Origin: a virus
Length of the DNA stretch: 64,000 nt
IMG/VR virus record: IMGVR_UViG_3300003323_000307
Span: 7,669-71,668 of that record
Direction: 5' to 3' (one strand)
The position numbers were made by a program, and so were the translations under genes. Below the pieces are notes generated by a model. That model was given only the letters and a program-made list of their open reading frames with translations. It did no database searches and was not told where the DNA came from. This document shows positions 1-9,674 of the stretch, piece after piece. The first letter of the stretch is position 1; each line of letters opens with the position of its first letter.

Positions 1-359
1 CCACTGTAACTATCCAGACAGGTACCCGGGCTCTGGTATTTATGTCAGCCAAGGCCAACTGCGATAACCCGGAAGTTCAATCCTTGATTTTTATAGGGGT
101 GGATGTACAGGATTCAAGTCATCGGCTGACTACATATAGCTCTACCGATGTGATAGGGGCAAACCAAGGGTTCTCTCTCTGGCCGATGGCCGGGTCTACC
201 ACCCAAAGAGGCAAGATGACTCTTATTACAGGCCTTACCCCGGGTATGAATACATTTACTATGAAGTACAATACACCTCGGACCACTGGCACGCCCCCGC
301 AGGTTGAGCTTCACAGTAATACGTACTCCAACCGACGTTTGATTGTACTGCCACTTTAG
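1..359 (+). CDS. minor tail protein, 5'-truncated by the window edge; paralog of the next two genes
   Basis: Frame is open from base 3. C-terminus LTPGMNTFTMKY...RRLIVLPL matches LTPGYNIFSLKY...RRILALPM and LTPGNNTFTM...LTVIPF of the downstream ORFs. Confidence 0.6.
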   Translation, partial: TVTIQTGTRALVFMSAKANCDNPEVQSLIFIGVDVQDSSHRLTTYSSTDVIGANQGFSLWPMAGSTTQRGKMTLITGLTPGMNTFTMKYNTPRTTGTPPQVELHSNTYSNRRLIVLPL

Positions 360-367
360 GAGGACAC

Positions 368-916
368 ATGGCTTGGACTGTGCCTATGACCTTTGTTGAT
401 GGGGCAGTACTTACGGCAGCACAACTGAACACCCAGCTAAGAGATAATTTTCTAGAGACCATCCCAGCCAAGTCCACTAATAATGGCGGGGTGGGGGGAG
501 GCTATTTCGCTGTTACAGGCCCTTACAGCCTTGCTGAGAGAGGAGTGACATATGCTGAAGTTAACACTGCACAGTCCCTCACCTCTACTGCCTATATTGA
601 TCTAGCCACTGTAGGTCCGTCTGTAGGTGCTACTACTAGCAGCGTCGCTCTTATCCTATTTTCTGTAGAAGTTAACAGTAGCGTCCGTAAAGGCGAATGT
701 GCTATTGCTGTAGAAGTAGCAGGGGCAACCAGCAAAGAAGCTGGAGATGATGCAGCCATTATCCTTTCTACAGATACAAACTCACAGAATGCATTTGGGG
801 GCTTTGTATTCTTCAATGATCTGACGCCTGGGTATAACATCTTTAGTCTTAAATACCGGACAGGTGATAAGACCGCTACTTTCCGAAACCGTCGCATTCT
901 AGCGCTACCGATGTAG
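368..916 (+). CDS. minor tail protein
   Basis: AGGAGG RBS; N-terminus MAWTVPMTFVDGAVLTAAQLN is of the type seen in actinophage minor tail proteins; beta-rich. Confidence 0.65.
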   Translation: MAWTVPMTFVDGAVLTAAQLNTQLRDNFLETIPAKSTNNGGVGGGYFAVTGPYSLAERGVTYAEVNTAQSLTSTAYIDLATVGPSVGATTSSVALILFSVEVNSSVRKGECAIAVEVAGATSKEAGDDAAIILSTDTNSQNAFGGFVFFNDLTPGYNIFSLKYRTGDKTATFRNRRILALPM

Positions 917-922
917 GTTGAT

Positions 923-1555
923 ATGACTTGGTGGGCACCGTTCACCTTTGTGGCTGGAACAAGTCTGGCCGCAGAGGATGTGAACAAGTACCTGTATGAC
1001 AACATGAATGAGACTTTGATAGGCAAGCTGAAAAGTGGTGGAGTAGCCTCTTCGGAGGGCGTTTGGTTCTCCTCTGACGGCCCTAATTCTGTTGTAGGCC
1101 GAGAGATCAAGAGTGATAATGCAACAGGATTCGGAGTCAAGACTACTTCAACATCTACGTATGGGGTACCTAATAGTACTTCCGGAGGCTACTCCAACCC
1201 TAGTCTTACTGTAACTACGGGGACAAATGCTTTGGTGGTTTGGAACGGGATGCTTTCCATGCCAGTATCCCCTCCGCCTGCGGCAACAGTTTCAGCTTTT
1301 TGCAGTATAGCTGTGTCAGGTGCCACTAGCATTTCAGCAAATGACACCTATGCTATTCGTAGCTCTGGCAATGTGTATGCCCCTAATGATGAGAACACAG
1401 TGACGGGTGGCTTGTTCAGTGAATATATGACCTTCCGGTGGTATACTTCACTGACCCCAGGGAACAATACTTTTACAATGCATATACGTTGCTCTTCCAA
1501 CGGTACACCAGTTAGAATGGATGTACCTGCCCTTACAGTTATCCCATTCGGTTAG
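923..1555 (+). CDS. minor tail protein (paralog of 368-916)
   Basis: N-terminus MTWWAPFTFVAGTSLAAEDVN and C-terminal LTPGNNTF motif are shared with the previous ORF. Confidence 0.65.
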   Translation: MTWWAPFTFVAGTSLAAEDVNKYLYDNMNETLIGKLKSGGVASSEGVWFSSDGPNSVVGREIKSDNATGFGVKTTSTSTYGVPNSTSGGYSNPSLTVTTGTNALVVWNGMLSMPVSPPPAATVSAFCSIAVSGATSISANDTYAIRSSGNVYAPNDENTVTGGLFSEYMTFRWYTSLTPGNNTFTMHIRCSSNGTPVRMDVPALTVIPFG

Positions 1556-1564
1556 GAGTCTCCG

Positions 1565-3037
1565 ATGGCAACAATGGAAGACTTGGAGCGAGCCCTTGAC
1601 TGGGCCAATGCCCAAGTCGGTAAACCTTACTCCCTTGGCACGTTCGGAGATTCCTTCGACTGCTCTACTTTCATGTCCGGTATCGCTACCATGATCCGAG
1701 ACGGGAAGCCCTCTCGCTGGTTCACCACCCACCCCTTCCATGGTGGCGCACAGAACCCTCTCCCAGGCTGGGAGAAGAACCTAGAGGCCCCGTTCATGAT
1801 TGGTATCACAGACGAAGGTATCGGTCACACAGGGGGGACTCTGGCAGGTCTAGAGTTCGAAGCTACCCCGCCCCGAGTCCGTAGCGGTGAAGCAGCACGT
1901 GGAGCCAGGGACCCGATGTTCAAGTGGGTGTACGGTTTCCGCCCTTCCATAGTAGAAGGTACCTCTGTGGAGTACACAAAGATCACCCTGGCTGCAACTG
2001 ATACTCTTGCGTCCCTGGCATCCAAGTACAAGACCACTGTAGACAACCTGGTGAGCATCAACAACTTGATCCCCGTCGGAATGTCTCTCGTTGTGGTAGA
2101 TCCCACTGTGCCTCCGGTGGACCCGCCAACCAAGGTCCCGGTACTCCACACGGCTACTTATACAGATTCCTTCACCTCCATTGCCGCTCAGTACAAGATC
2201 ACTGTGGATCAGCTGCTGGAATGGAATGGCATCAAGGTTGCGTCCGGCTCCAAGTACATCGTCGGGTACAAGGCTGATGAGCCGGTGCCGGATGACCCGT
2301 ACATCAACGGTCTCCCCAAGATGAACTCCACCGACCCGTCGGCTAAGCCCCTACAAGCTGAGTTGAAGCGCGTGGGCTACATGTCCAAGGATGTTGAGCC
2401 TGCCGACAACTACGGTCCTAAGACCCAGGATGCTGTTGCCGCGTTCCACAATGACAAGGTGCAGTTCCGTCGGCCTAATCTTACCTATGACGCCCAGATC
2501 AACCAGGCCGGGTGGGTGTTCCTCCGGGGCATGGCAGACGGCTCCGGGAAGATTGTCCAAACCCCCTCCACCAACACGGTCGGCCAGATCTCACCCAATC
2601 AGGTTCTGTTCACCAAGTCTGGTCTTCCGGCAGGCAAGGCTACCTGTGAAGCTGCCATCAAGGAAGCTCTCACTATTATCGGCCTTCCTGTTACTCAGGA
2701 CTGGATCAATGGTTATCTGACCATCGCTCTGCGGGAGTCCAGCTACAACCCGAATGCTGTCAATACCTATGACAGTAACGCCATCAACCCCCCGGGCTAC
2801 AGTACTGCGTCCGACGGTAATCCGTTCCAGTGTTCTCGTGGAGCCTGGCAGTGCATCCCCCAGACATTCGCCCGTTACCACCAGGCTGGTACGTCCCTGT
2901 CTATCTATGACCCGGTAGCCAGTGCAGCGGCCTCCATCAACTATGTACGGTCCCGCTACGGTGTCCTGAATGATGGTTCGAACCTAGCCTCTAAAGTCCA
3001 GCAAGCCGACCCGTCTCGCCCGCCAAGGGGGTACTGA
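1565..3037 (+). CDS. multidomain endolysin: NlpC/P60-like peptidase, two LysM, PG-binding, lytic transglycosylase
   Basis: GKPY...FDCS...GHT at the N-terminus; LysM-like repeats DTLASLASKYKTTVDNL and DSFTSIAAQYKITVDQL; SLT motifs RESSYNPNAVN, GAWQCIPQTF and YVRSRYG. Confidence 0.85.
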   Translation: MATMEDLERALDWANAQVGKPYSLGTFGDSFDCSTFMSGIATMIRDGKPSRWFTTHPFHGGAQNPLPGWEKNLEAPFMIGITDEGIGHTGGTLAGLEFEATPPRVRSGEAARGARDPMFKWVYGFRPSIVEGTSVEYTKITLAATDTLASLASKYKTTVDNLVSINNLIPVGMSLVVVDPTVPPVDPPTKVPVLHTATYTDSFTSIAAQYKITVDQLLEWNGIKVASGSKYIVGYKADEPVPDDPYINGLPKMNSTDPSAKPLQAELKRVGYMSKDVEPADNYGPKTQDAVAAFHNDKVQFRRPNLTYDAQINQAGWVFLRGMADGSGKIVQTPSTNTVGQISPNQVLFTKSGLPAGKATCEAAIKEALTIIGLPVTQDWINGYLTIALRESSYNPNAVNTYDSNAINPPGYSTASDGNPFQCSRGAWQCIPQTFARYHQAGTSLSIYDPVASAAASINYVRSRYGVLNDGSNLASKVQQADPSRPPRGY

Positions 3038-3038
3038 A

Positions 3039-3929
3039 ATGCCATACACGGTGAAGGCTGGAGATACCCTCACGGGTATCGCCGCAGCAAACAAAGTGAC
3101 AGTAGATCAGCTAGTTAAGTGGAACAACCTGCTGAAGCCGGGATCGTCCTTCCTTGTTCCCAAGGAAGTTGTCGTTCCTCCGGTTGATCCCCCGACCGAG
3201 CCCAGCGGTTCTGTGAAGCTCTCTGAGCTAGGCCCCTATGGGAAGGCCGAAGCCAACAAGATTGTTCAAGCTGCACTCAACAAGGAGTTCGGCGGGGTGG
3301 TGGTGGATGGTGACTGGGGTCCCCAGACTTCAGCAGCCTACACCCGTTGGCAAGAATCTGTAGGGGAATCTGCACAGCCTTGGGACGGCTTACCGGGCCG
3401 TGTATCTCTTCCCCCACTGGGTGCCAAGTACAACTTCAAGGTTGTACTGGATGATGATGCACCGGGGCCAGCCCCCACATCAGAACCTGCCGCCAACTAT
3501 ACACGCACCACCTTCGGTGGTCGCACTGTGAATCAGCGAACCAAGGATATGCTGATGCAGGCTCAGACCGTTTACGGCAAGTCATTCCCCATCACACAGG
3601 GGAGCTACAACGCCGGAGGTGTCTCAGCCAGCGCTGGTACCCATGATGGTGGCGGGGTAGTAGACATCGGAGACACTAGCACTGCACTACTCAAGGCCCT
3701 GCGCCAGGTCGGCTTTGCCGCTTGGATCAGGACTCCAGCGGAGGGCTTCGCTTACCACATACACGCCGTAGCCATCGGCGATCGGGAGCTGTCCCCAAGT
3801 GCCAAGAACCAGATTACTTCGTATTTTAACGGCCGTGACGGACTGGCTAAAAATGGTCCTGATACTGCCCCGTCTTCTGTGGGCCGTCCTTATCCCGCTT
3901 GGGCTGGACGCTACGGCGCTCCGGTATAG
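3039..3929 (+). CDS. second endolysin: LysM, PG-binding, Zn-peptidase-like domain
   Basis: YTVKAGDTLTGIA (LysM); VDGDWGPQT (PG-binding); SAGTHDGGGVVD...HIH (metallopeptidase-like). Confidence 0.8.
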   Translation: MPYTVKAGDTLTGIAAANKVTVDQLVKWNNLLKPGSSFLVPKEVVVPPVDPPTEPSGSVKLSELGPYGKAEANKIVQAALNKEFGGVVVDGDWGPQTSAAYTRWQESVGESAQPWDGLPGRVSLPPLGAKYNFKVVLDDDAPGPAPTSEPAANYTRTTFGGRTVNQRTKDMLMQAQTVYGKSFPITQGSYNAGGVSASAGTHDGGGVVDIGDTSTALLKALRQVGFAAWIRTPAEGFAYHIHAVAIGDRELSPSAKNQITSYFNGRDGLAKNGPDTAPSSVGRPYPAWAGRYGAPV

Positions 3930-3966
3930 AAAATACCAATATCTGATACTGAAGAACAGGAAGACA

Positions 3967-4377
3967 ATGACTTACAGACGTATCATCGATCTGGCAGAAC
4001 GTGTAGTTCTGACATTCGTCGGTGCTTTCGTAGCTGTGTATATCGCAGCCTTTGCCAAGGGTCAGGCAGACCTGGCATTCCTCCGGGACCCAGATCTGTT
4101 CGACAAGGCACAGGTGGCAGGTATGGCTGCCATTGTCCCCTTGATCTCCGGTCTCCTGGGCTTCCGTGTTGGGGACAAGGGTACTGCCTCTGTGATCCCC
4201 AGCAATAAGCCTGAAGAGGGTGCGGCACCCCCGGACCCGACCCCCGAACTGACAGTGGCAACTCCGACTCCGGTTGCCACTGTCTCACCCAGCGCCTATG
4301 AGGTTCCAGGTGAACTGATAGACCCAGTTCAGTCTGACCCTCAGTGGCGTTACTACTACAATGATGCAGGAATGTGA
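3967..4377 (+). CDS. holin
   Basis: Start reassigned to ATG 3967 (MTYRRIIDLAERVVLTFVGAF); two hydrophobic segments; directly follows the lysins. Confidence 0.7.
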   Translation: MTYRRIIDLAERVVLTFVGAFVAVYIAAFAKGQADLAFLRDPDLFDKAQVAGMAAIVPLISGLLGFRVGDKGTASVIPSNKPEEGAAPPDPTPELTVATPTPVATVSPSAYEVPGELIDPVQSDPQWRYYYNDAGM

Positions 4378-4511
4378 TGAAGAACAAAACTGTATGGATT
4401 ATTGCTGGTGCTATAGCCGCCGTTACGGCCATCATCGCGCTCCTGTACATGGCTTCTGATGGGGGCTATGGAGACGGAGATGGCCGGGGAATCTATGGGA
4501 TGTCAATATGA
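4377..4511 (+). CDS. 44-aa single-pass membrane protein, absent from the ORF track
   Basis: MKNKTVWIIAGAIAAVTAIIALLYMASDGGYGDG...; TGATG and ATGA overlaps couple it to both neighbours. Confidence 0.6.
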   Translation: MKNKTVWIIAGAIAAVTAIIALLYMASDGGYGDGDGRGIYGMSI

Positions 4512-5335
4512 GTGCTAAAAGTAAAAAGGTAGCTACTTGGGCAGCAGCAGGTACTGTAGCCCTGGGTGGTGTTCTGGTAGGGCTGGGACAATTTACGGAC
4601 AAACCGGACGCCAATGATTTCCCCCCGTTCAATGCCAACCCGGGCTTGACTATCAATGACCTGGACGGTAAGAAAGACCCGGAAGCTCAGAAGGTTGACA
4701 ACAACCAGGATGAGCAGAAATCCTCAGACGAACGCCCTGGGGAAATCAAGCTCAAAGGGGATGCTGTCAAGAACCAGTTCGAGAAATCCAACCCGTTGAT
4801 CTCAGACTTCTGCCGATCCAGTATTCTGGAGCCAGGTGAGGGGAAGAACAACAAGGGCGGTACATGTGTTTCGTATCCGATTGGTGAAGTTGCGAAGAAC
4901 TCTGTACGAGTCACGGTTGACAACCCTCCGTCGGTCGTCAACAAGGGCAAGGACTTCAAGATCAAAATCCGGGTCGAAGACAACAAGGGTCCGCTCGACC
5001 TGAATGCCTTCACCTTCGATGAGACTGGCGGGGCGGGTACCACGTTTCTTGAGAACCCCGGGAAGCTGGACAAGGACGGGCGTCCGTTCGCTCATTGCCA
5101 CCTAGGAATTACCAGCCTCAAGGGCGGTATCAATGGACTCCCGGGCAACGATTACGACGCGGCGTTCAAGGGAGTCCAGGGCTTCAAGGGTAACGTGGAA
5201 GCCACTGTCAGTGGTCTGGAGCCCGGGTTCTACCGAGGTGATGTCTACTGTTCACAGCCGGGGCATCTGATCCTCCCCACTGCTAAGGCTACCCAGGTTC
5301 AGGCGTTCGACACCTTCAGGTTCGAGGTCAACTAA
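4508..5335 (+). CDS. secreted or membrane-anchored protein with Cys/His motifs
   Basis: N-terminal signal/TM segment; motifs CVSYPIGEV, AHCHLG and YCSQPGH. Confidence 0.65.
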   Translation: MSAKSKKVATWAAAGTVALGGVLVGLGQFTDKPDANDFPPFNANPGLTINDLDGKKDPEAQKVDNNQDEQKSSDERPGEIKLKGDAVKNQFEKSNPLISDFCRSSILEPGEGKNNKGGTCVSYPIGEVAKNSVRVTVDNPPSVVNKGKDFKIKIRVEDNKGPLDLNAFTFDETGGAGTTFLENPGKLDKDGRPFAHCHLGITSLKGGINGLPGNDYDAAFKGVQGFKGNVEATVSGLEPGFYRGDVYCSQPGHLILPTAKATQVQAFDTFRFEVN

Positions 5336-6141
5336 TGCTCGGAGTGCTTACTTTCACCATGGTCATGGGCGTCACTTCGGTGATGTCTTGGCTGTGGATG
5401 AATGGCAAGCTGGGCGAGATCATAGAGAACAACAAGAGAACAATGTATTCCGGTGGGAGAACAGTAGAGTTCTCCCTCTGGAAATGGCACTTCTCCATCA
5501 ACATCAACAAGGCATTCTGGGTAAGGCTGGCTTTTGTAGTCCTGGGGCCAGCCGCTATCCTTGGGCTCACAGTGGCCTATGCGGAGATCCTACCCCTTCG
5601 TGTGATGTTCGCTCTCTATGTACTGCCGAGTTACCTTGCCATGATAGTGCTGGGTATCCTATACCCTGAACAAGGCAAGAGGGCCGCGTTCGGTTTCACC
5701 ATGGGGGTTCTGGCTACAGTCCTGTACGACGTTGTCCGTATGGTTGCTGTTGTAGCTCTAGGTCTCCCGGACCCCATTCCGCATATCGGAGCCCTGTGGG
5801 TGGGGCAAGCGGCTTTTGATCCTAGTCAGTGGTGGATCGGGTATCTGTGGAGGATGTTCGGCAACGGTGCGGGCATGGGTGTCACCTACGCCATGCTTCC
5901 TAGGTTCATGTATGACCTCAAGGGTGGGTGGATTTATGGAGAAGTCGTGGGCATGGGAATGTTTGCAGCAATGTTCTTCTTCCCAGCAGTCCAGCTTCAC
6001 CTGTTCCCCCTGAACTATGTGGTCACTGTGAATGGTATTCTAGGACACTGGGCCTATGGCCTGGCCTTGGGCTGGATATTCGAGAGATCCAAGGTCGTCA
6101 GAGATTTTGCCGTAAATGGATTGGTCAAGCGCAAAGAGTGA
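5335..6141 (+). CDS. polytopic integral membrane protein
   Basis: About 7 hydrophobic segments; TAATG overlap with the upstream gene. Confidence 0.7.
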   Translation: MLGVLTFTMVMGVTSVMSWLWMNGKLGEIIENNKRTMYSGGRTVEFSLWKWHFSININKAFWVRLAFVVLGPAAILGLTVAYAEILPLRVMFALYVLPSYLAMIVLGILYPEQGKRAAFGFTMGVLATVLYDVVRMVAVVALGLPDPIPHIGALWVGQAAFDPSQWWIGYLWRMFGNGAGMGVTYAMLPRFMYDLKGGWIYGEVVGMGMFAAMFFFPAVQLHLFPLNYVVTVNGILGHWAYGLALGWIFERSKVVRDFAVNGLVKRKE

Positions 6142-6170
6142 CTGAAACAGGTATATCTACGATATAATTA

Positions 6171-6205
6171 AAAGAGGGCAGCCTCCCTGGTTGCTCTCTT
6201 TTTGT
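6171..6205 (+). terminator. intrinsic terminator
   Basis: AAGAGGGCAGCC-tccct-GGTTGCTCTCTT followed by a T-run. Confidence 0.7.
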
Positions 6206-6290
6206 ATACTGCGGATATGGTTGGGTTCCTTGACGCGGTTTTCTGTCGTTGATCGACCTATAGCCTGGGCTTAGTGGAAAGAGGTTTGAT

Positions 6291-6931
6291 ATGCCCCTAC
6301 CCCCGGGGCTGGACACGGTAACCCTCACGGGTAAGTACGAGACGGTTGATGGCTCGCCTCTTTCCGGTACGGTCACTTTCGAGGGACCTAGCTGGGTAGT
6401 TGACACTGTCAACAACATCGTCTTTACCGCACGTGAGACTGTGACCTTGGACAGCAATGGGGCTTTTTCAGTGGATCTTGTAGCTACAGATGCCACTGGA
6501 GTGGTCCCCAACCCGTTCACGTATTCGGTTCTGGAAGTGCTTGAGGGCATGCGCCCTCACCGTTATACGATCGCTCTGCCTGCTTCAGCCCCTACGGCTG
6601 ACATCTCAGATCTGATCAATATAGCGGATTTTCTCTAAGCCCGGAGATAGTCTACGTCCCTGGTCCAGAAGGCCCGCAAGGCCCCCAGGGTGTTCCTGGA
6701 CCTCAAGGGCCGCAGGGTATTCCGGGCGCCTCCGGAAGTGTCTATGTCCATGAACAAACTACTCCGTCCAGTAACTGGATAGTTAATCACGGCCTAGCTC
6801 ACTATGTATCAGCTACGATCCTCCCTCAGGGGGAGACACAAAACGTAGTCGCTGATATATTCCAGAACTCCCTTAACTCAGCAACGATTGTATTTCCTTC
6901 ACCTATAGCGGGAACGGCGGTATTTTACTAA
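6291..6931 (+). CDS. collagen-repeat structural protein split by a -1 frame change near 6632
   Basis: ORF 6291-6638 stops at GAT TTT CTC TAA. The -1 frame has no start codon, continues SPEIVYVPGPEGPQGPQGVPGPQGPQG...AVFY, and stops at TAA 6929-6931, which overlaps the next ATG. Confidence 0.65.
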
Positions 6932-7929
6932 TGGCTTTCAAGTCACTAACTGGTTTTGACTCCAGTTCGCAGCGTGTGATAAACGTTGCAGACCCTAGCT
7001 CAGCTAGCGATGCAGCAACAAAATCCTATGTCGATAACGCCTTGGTAGGTCTCCAGTGGAAGCAGCCTGTCCAAGTAGCTACTACCACTAACGGTACCCT
7101 CGCTACCGCATACGCCAACGGCCAGAGTGTGGACGGGGTTACACTCGCAACTGGCATGCGAATTCTAATTAAGGACCAGACCACTCAAACCGAAAACGGT
7201 ATTTATACTGTTAATGCTTCTGGTGCCCCTACACGAGCCTCAGATGCGGATTCATCTTCTGAACTTCTCAATGCCACGGTGTTTGTTGTTAGGGGGACTG
7301 CTAACGCCGACAAGGCATACACACAGACTACCAACACCTCAGGTGGTCTTGGCCCTGTTATTGGTACAGATAACATTGTTTTTGCTCAGTTTGGTGGAGG
7401 CACCAGCTACTCAGCCGGTAATGGTCTTACACTAACCGGAACCACCTTCGATGTTACCAACACCGATGGTTCCATCACCGTGGGGGCTGACACTATATCC
7501 CTGGCTTCACAGGTGGCGGGTAACGGCCTTACGCTGACCTCTGGTGTCCTCAACGTTGTGGGGGATGCCTCTCTTAACGTTGCGGCCGACCAGATTGGTC
7601 TAGCATCAGGTGTCGCTGGTGCAGGTCTTACCCTAACTGCGGGGGTGCTTGATGTAGGGCAGGGTACAGGTATTACTGTAGCTGCCAACACTGTGAGCAT
7701 TGACTCCACGGTCTGCCGTCGATTCTCGCAGCAGATAGGGAATGGGTCTTCTACTTCTATTGCAGTCACCCATGGTCTGGGAACTAAGGACATCACCTGG
7801 AGTATCCGAGACACTGCCACTGATGCTTTTGTGGTTGCGGATGTAGTTGCTACCAGCACCACTGTGGCTACTTTTACGTTTGCTTCAGCTCCTGCAACCA
7901 ACGCATACAGTGTAACCATTACAGGCTAA
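6931..7929 (+). CDS. tail fibre / virion structural protein
   Basis: DAATKSYVD motif, G/T/A-rich AGNGLTL repeats, C-terminal THGLGT domain. Confidence 0.7.
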   Translation: MAFKSLTGFDSSSQRVINVADPSSASDAATKSYVDNALVGLQWKQPVQVATTTNGTLATAYANGQSVDGVTLATGMRILIKDQTTQTENGIYTVNASGAPTRASDADSSSELLNATVFVVRGTANADKAYTQTTNTSGGLGPVIGTDNIVFAQFGGGTSYSAGNGLTLTGTTFDVTNTDGSITVGADTISLASQVAGNGLTLTSGVLNVVGDASLNVAADQIGLASGVAGAGLTLTAGVLDVGQGTGITVAANTVSIDSTVCRRFSQQIGNGSSTSIAVTHGLGTKDITWSIRDTATDAFVVADVVATSTTVATFTFASAPATNAYSVTITG

Positions 7930-7947
7930 TAGCTAAGGAGGGCAGCT

Positions 7948-9129
7948 ATGCCTAAGAATGTAGCACCGGATAAAACTCTGGAAGCTCTATCTGTAGGTAC
8001 GTTTGCAGCAACGTTTGCGCCAGATATTACCGATAGCTCTATAGTGAAAGTTACCATGACTGGTAACATCACGTCACTTAACGCCCCCACCGGGCGGACT
8101 TTCGGTATCTTCACTCTTGTATTCGTCCAGGATGCCACGGGTGGTAGAACGGTCACCTGGAACACTACGGACTACCCGGACTTCAGCACGGTGGGGTGGA
8201 GCCCCAACCTGGCAGCAAGCAGCGTCTCCAGCATAAGTTTCCTCTACGACTCCAACTCCAGTAAATGGCGCCCCTTCACGTCTTGGAATGGAGACGTGTG
8301 GACGGCGGTTAACTCCACGTCAGCCACCAACGTAGTCCGTGTAGGGGACCAGACCCTCTCCCGAACAGCTTCGGGCACTATCTCAGCCAGCAGCACCCTG
8401 AGAGCCGGTACGCTACAGGCTGCAACTACGGTTGAAGGCCCCACTATCCGAGGGGGTTCCGCTTCGGGAGGAAACCTTGTTCTTCAATCCACCAGCAGTG
8501 GTACCAAGGGGAAAATCTTCCTGGGAACGGGTGGTGTCCTCTCCGCTTTCGATGAGGTCAATAACAGGCTCGGGGTGGGGAACGTCTCTCCCACTGTGCC
8601 GCTGGACGTAACAGGGGCAGGGGTTTTCTCCAGCACTGTGACTGCTGCTGATCCTACAGCTTCAACTCACCTAGCTACCAAGAACTATGTGGATCTGCGG
8701 CAATTTGGTTCTATAGCTACGGGTACAGTGGCAGTTGGTACAAGTTTGACTGCTATTACGGGATTAAGTATTGCTTCTGTACCCGCTGGGACTTGGTCTA
8801 TTTATGCGTGGATACCTACTGTAGTTGCTACCTTAGCTTTGACATCTTTGAATCTACAAGTATCCCCGACTAGTGGCCCTACCACTAGCACATTGTATTT
8901 GAATTCTGTTGCCACTCGGTCCGGGAGCGCGCCCACGTCCGGACAAGCAACAGCATTTGCAACAAATATGTCTACAGGAGCAACAGCGGTAGCTACACAT
9001 ATAATTGAAGTCCAGGGCTCTATGGTATCTACTGGAAGTGGCACGATAAGTATAAGTATGATTCGTGCCGGTGGGGGTACAGCTACAACACAAGCTGGAG
9101 CGTATCTGAGACTGGAAAGGCTCGCGTAA
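7948..9129 (+). CDS. tail fibre-like protein
   Basis: FVQDATGGRTVTW, RLGVGNVSPTVPLDV and ATKNYVD motifs; Thr/Ser/Gly-rich. Confidence 0.65.
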   Translation: MPKNVAPDKTLEALSVGTFAATFAPDITDSSIVKVTMTGNITSLNAPTGRTFGIFTLVFVQDATGGRTVTWNTTDYPDFSTVGWSPNLAASSVSSISFLYDSNSSKWRPFTSWNGDVWTAVNSTSATNVVRVGDQTLSRTASGTISASSTLRAGTLQAATTVEGPTIRGGSASGGNLVLQSTSSGTKGKIFLGTGGVLSAFDEVNNRLGVGNVSPTVPLDVTGAGVFSSTVTAADPTASTHLATKNYVDLRQFGSIATGTVAVGTSLTAITGLSIASVPAGTWSIYAWIPTVVATLALTSLNLQVSPTSGPTTSTLYLNSVATRSGSAPTSGQATAFATNMSTGATAVATHIIEVQGSMVSTGSGTISISMIRAGGGTATTQAGAYLRLERLA

Positions 9130-9359
9130 TGGTATTAGGTTTAACCTCAGAAGCGTACGTTGTGTATAAATGTATAGTCCCAAATGGTGCACCTGAGATA
9201 ATATCTATAAACGGTGGGTTGCTGTTTTTCAGGTCCTTTAATGAGGCTAAACAAGCAGCATTAGACTATATTGCACTATTTGATTCAGAACCAGCGGCTC
9301 TCCCTAATTATATATGGATAGAGCCTATATCAAAACTATGGATTAATGGAGTAGACTAA
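9129..9359 (+). CDS. hypothetical protein
   Basis: TAATG coupling at both ends; AT-rich. Confidence 0.5.
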   Translation: MVLGLTSEAYVVYKCIVPNGAPEIISINGGLLFFRSFNEAKQAALDYIALFDSEPAALPNYIWIEPISKLWINGVD

Positions 9360-9607
9360 TGGCAGATTATTTAATGGGACCCAATTTTACTGGGTGGGTT
9401 TATCAGGTGTACTTCTTTAACCCCATTACAGAAGAGCAGGCCGTGTACTCTGGAGGCCCTAATATTGATCCCCAGTTTGGCAATGCACAACAGGAGTGTT
9501 TGAGCACCGTTGGAACACTTACATCTACCGGGGGAGAGTATGAGGGCTGGACGGCTGCCTATGTGAACTTCATACCAATCACCTTGATAGCCTTAACCGA
9601 GGTCTAG
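9359..9607 (+). CDS. hypothetical protein
   Basis: TAATG-coupled 82-aa ORF. Confidence 0.5.
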   Translation: MADYLMGPNFTGWVYQVYFFNPITEEQAVYSGGPNIDPQFGNAQQECLSTVGTLTSTGGEYEGWTAAYVNFIPITLIALTEV

Positions 9608-9627
9608 AAGTCTCCATACCGTATAAT

Positions 9628-9665
9628 AAAAGGTGAGGTAAACCGCTACCTCACCTTTTCTTTTT
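9628..9665 (+). terminator. intrinsic terminator
   Basis: AAAAGGTGAGGTA-aaccgc-TACCTCACCTTTT followed by CTTTTT. Confidence 0.75.
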
Positions 9666-9674
9666 GGAGATAAA

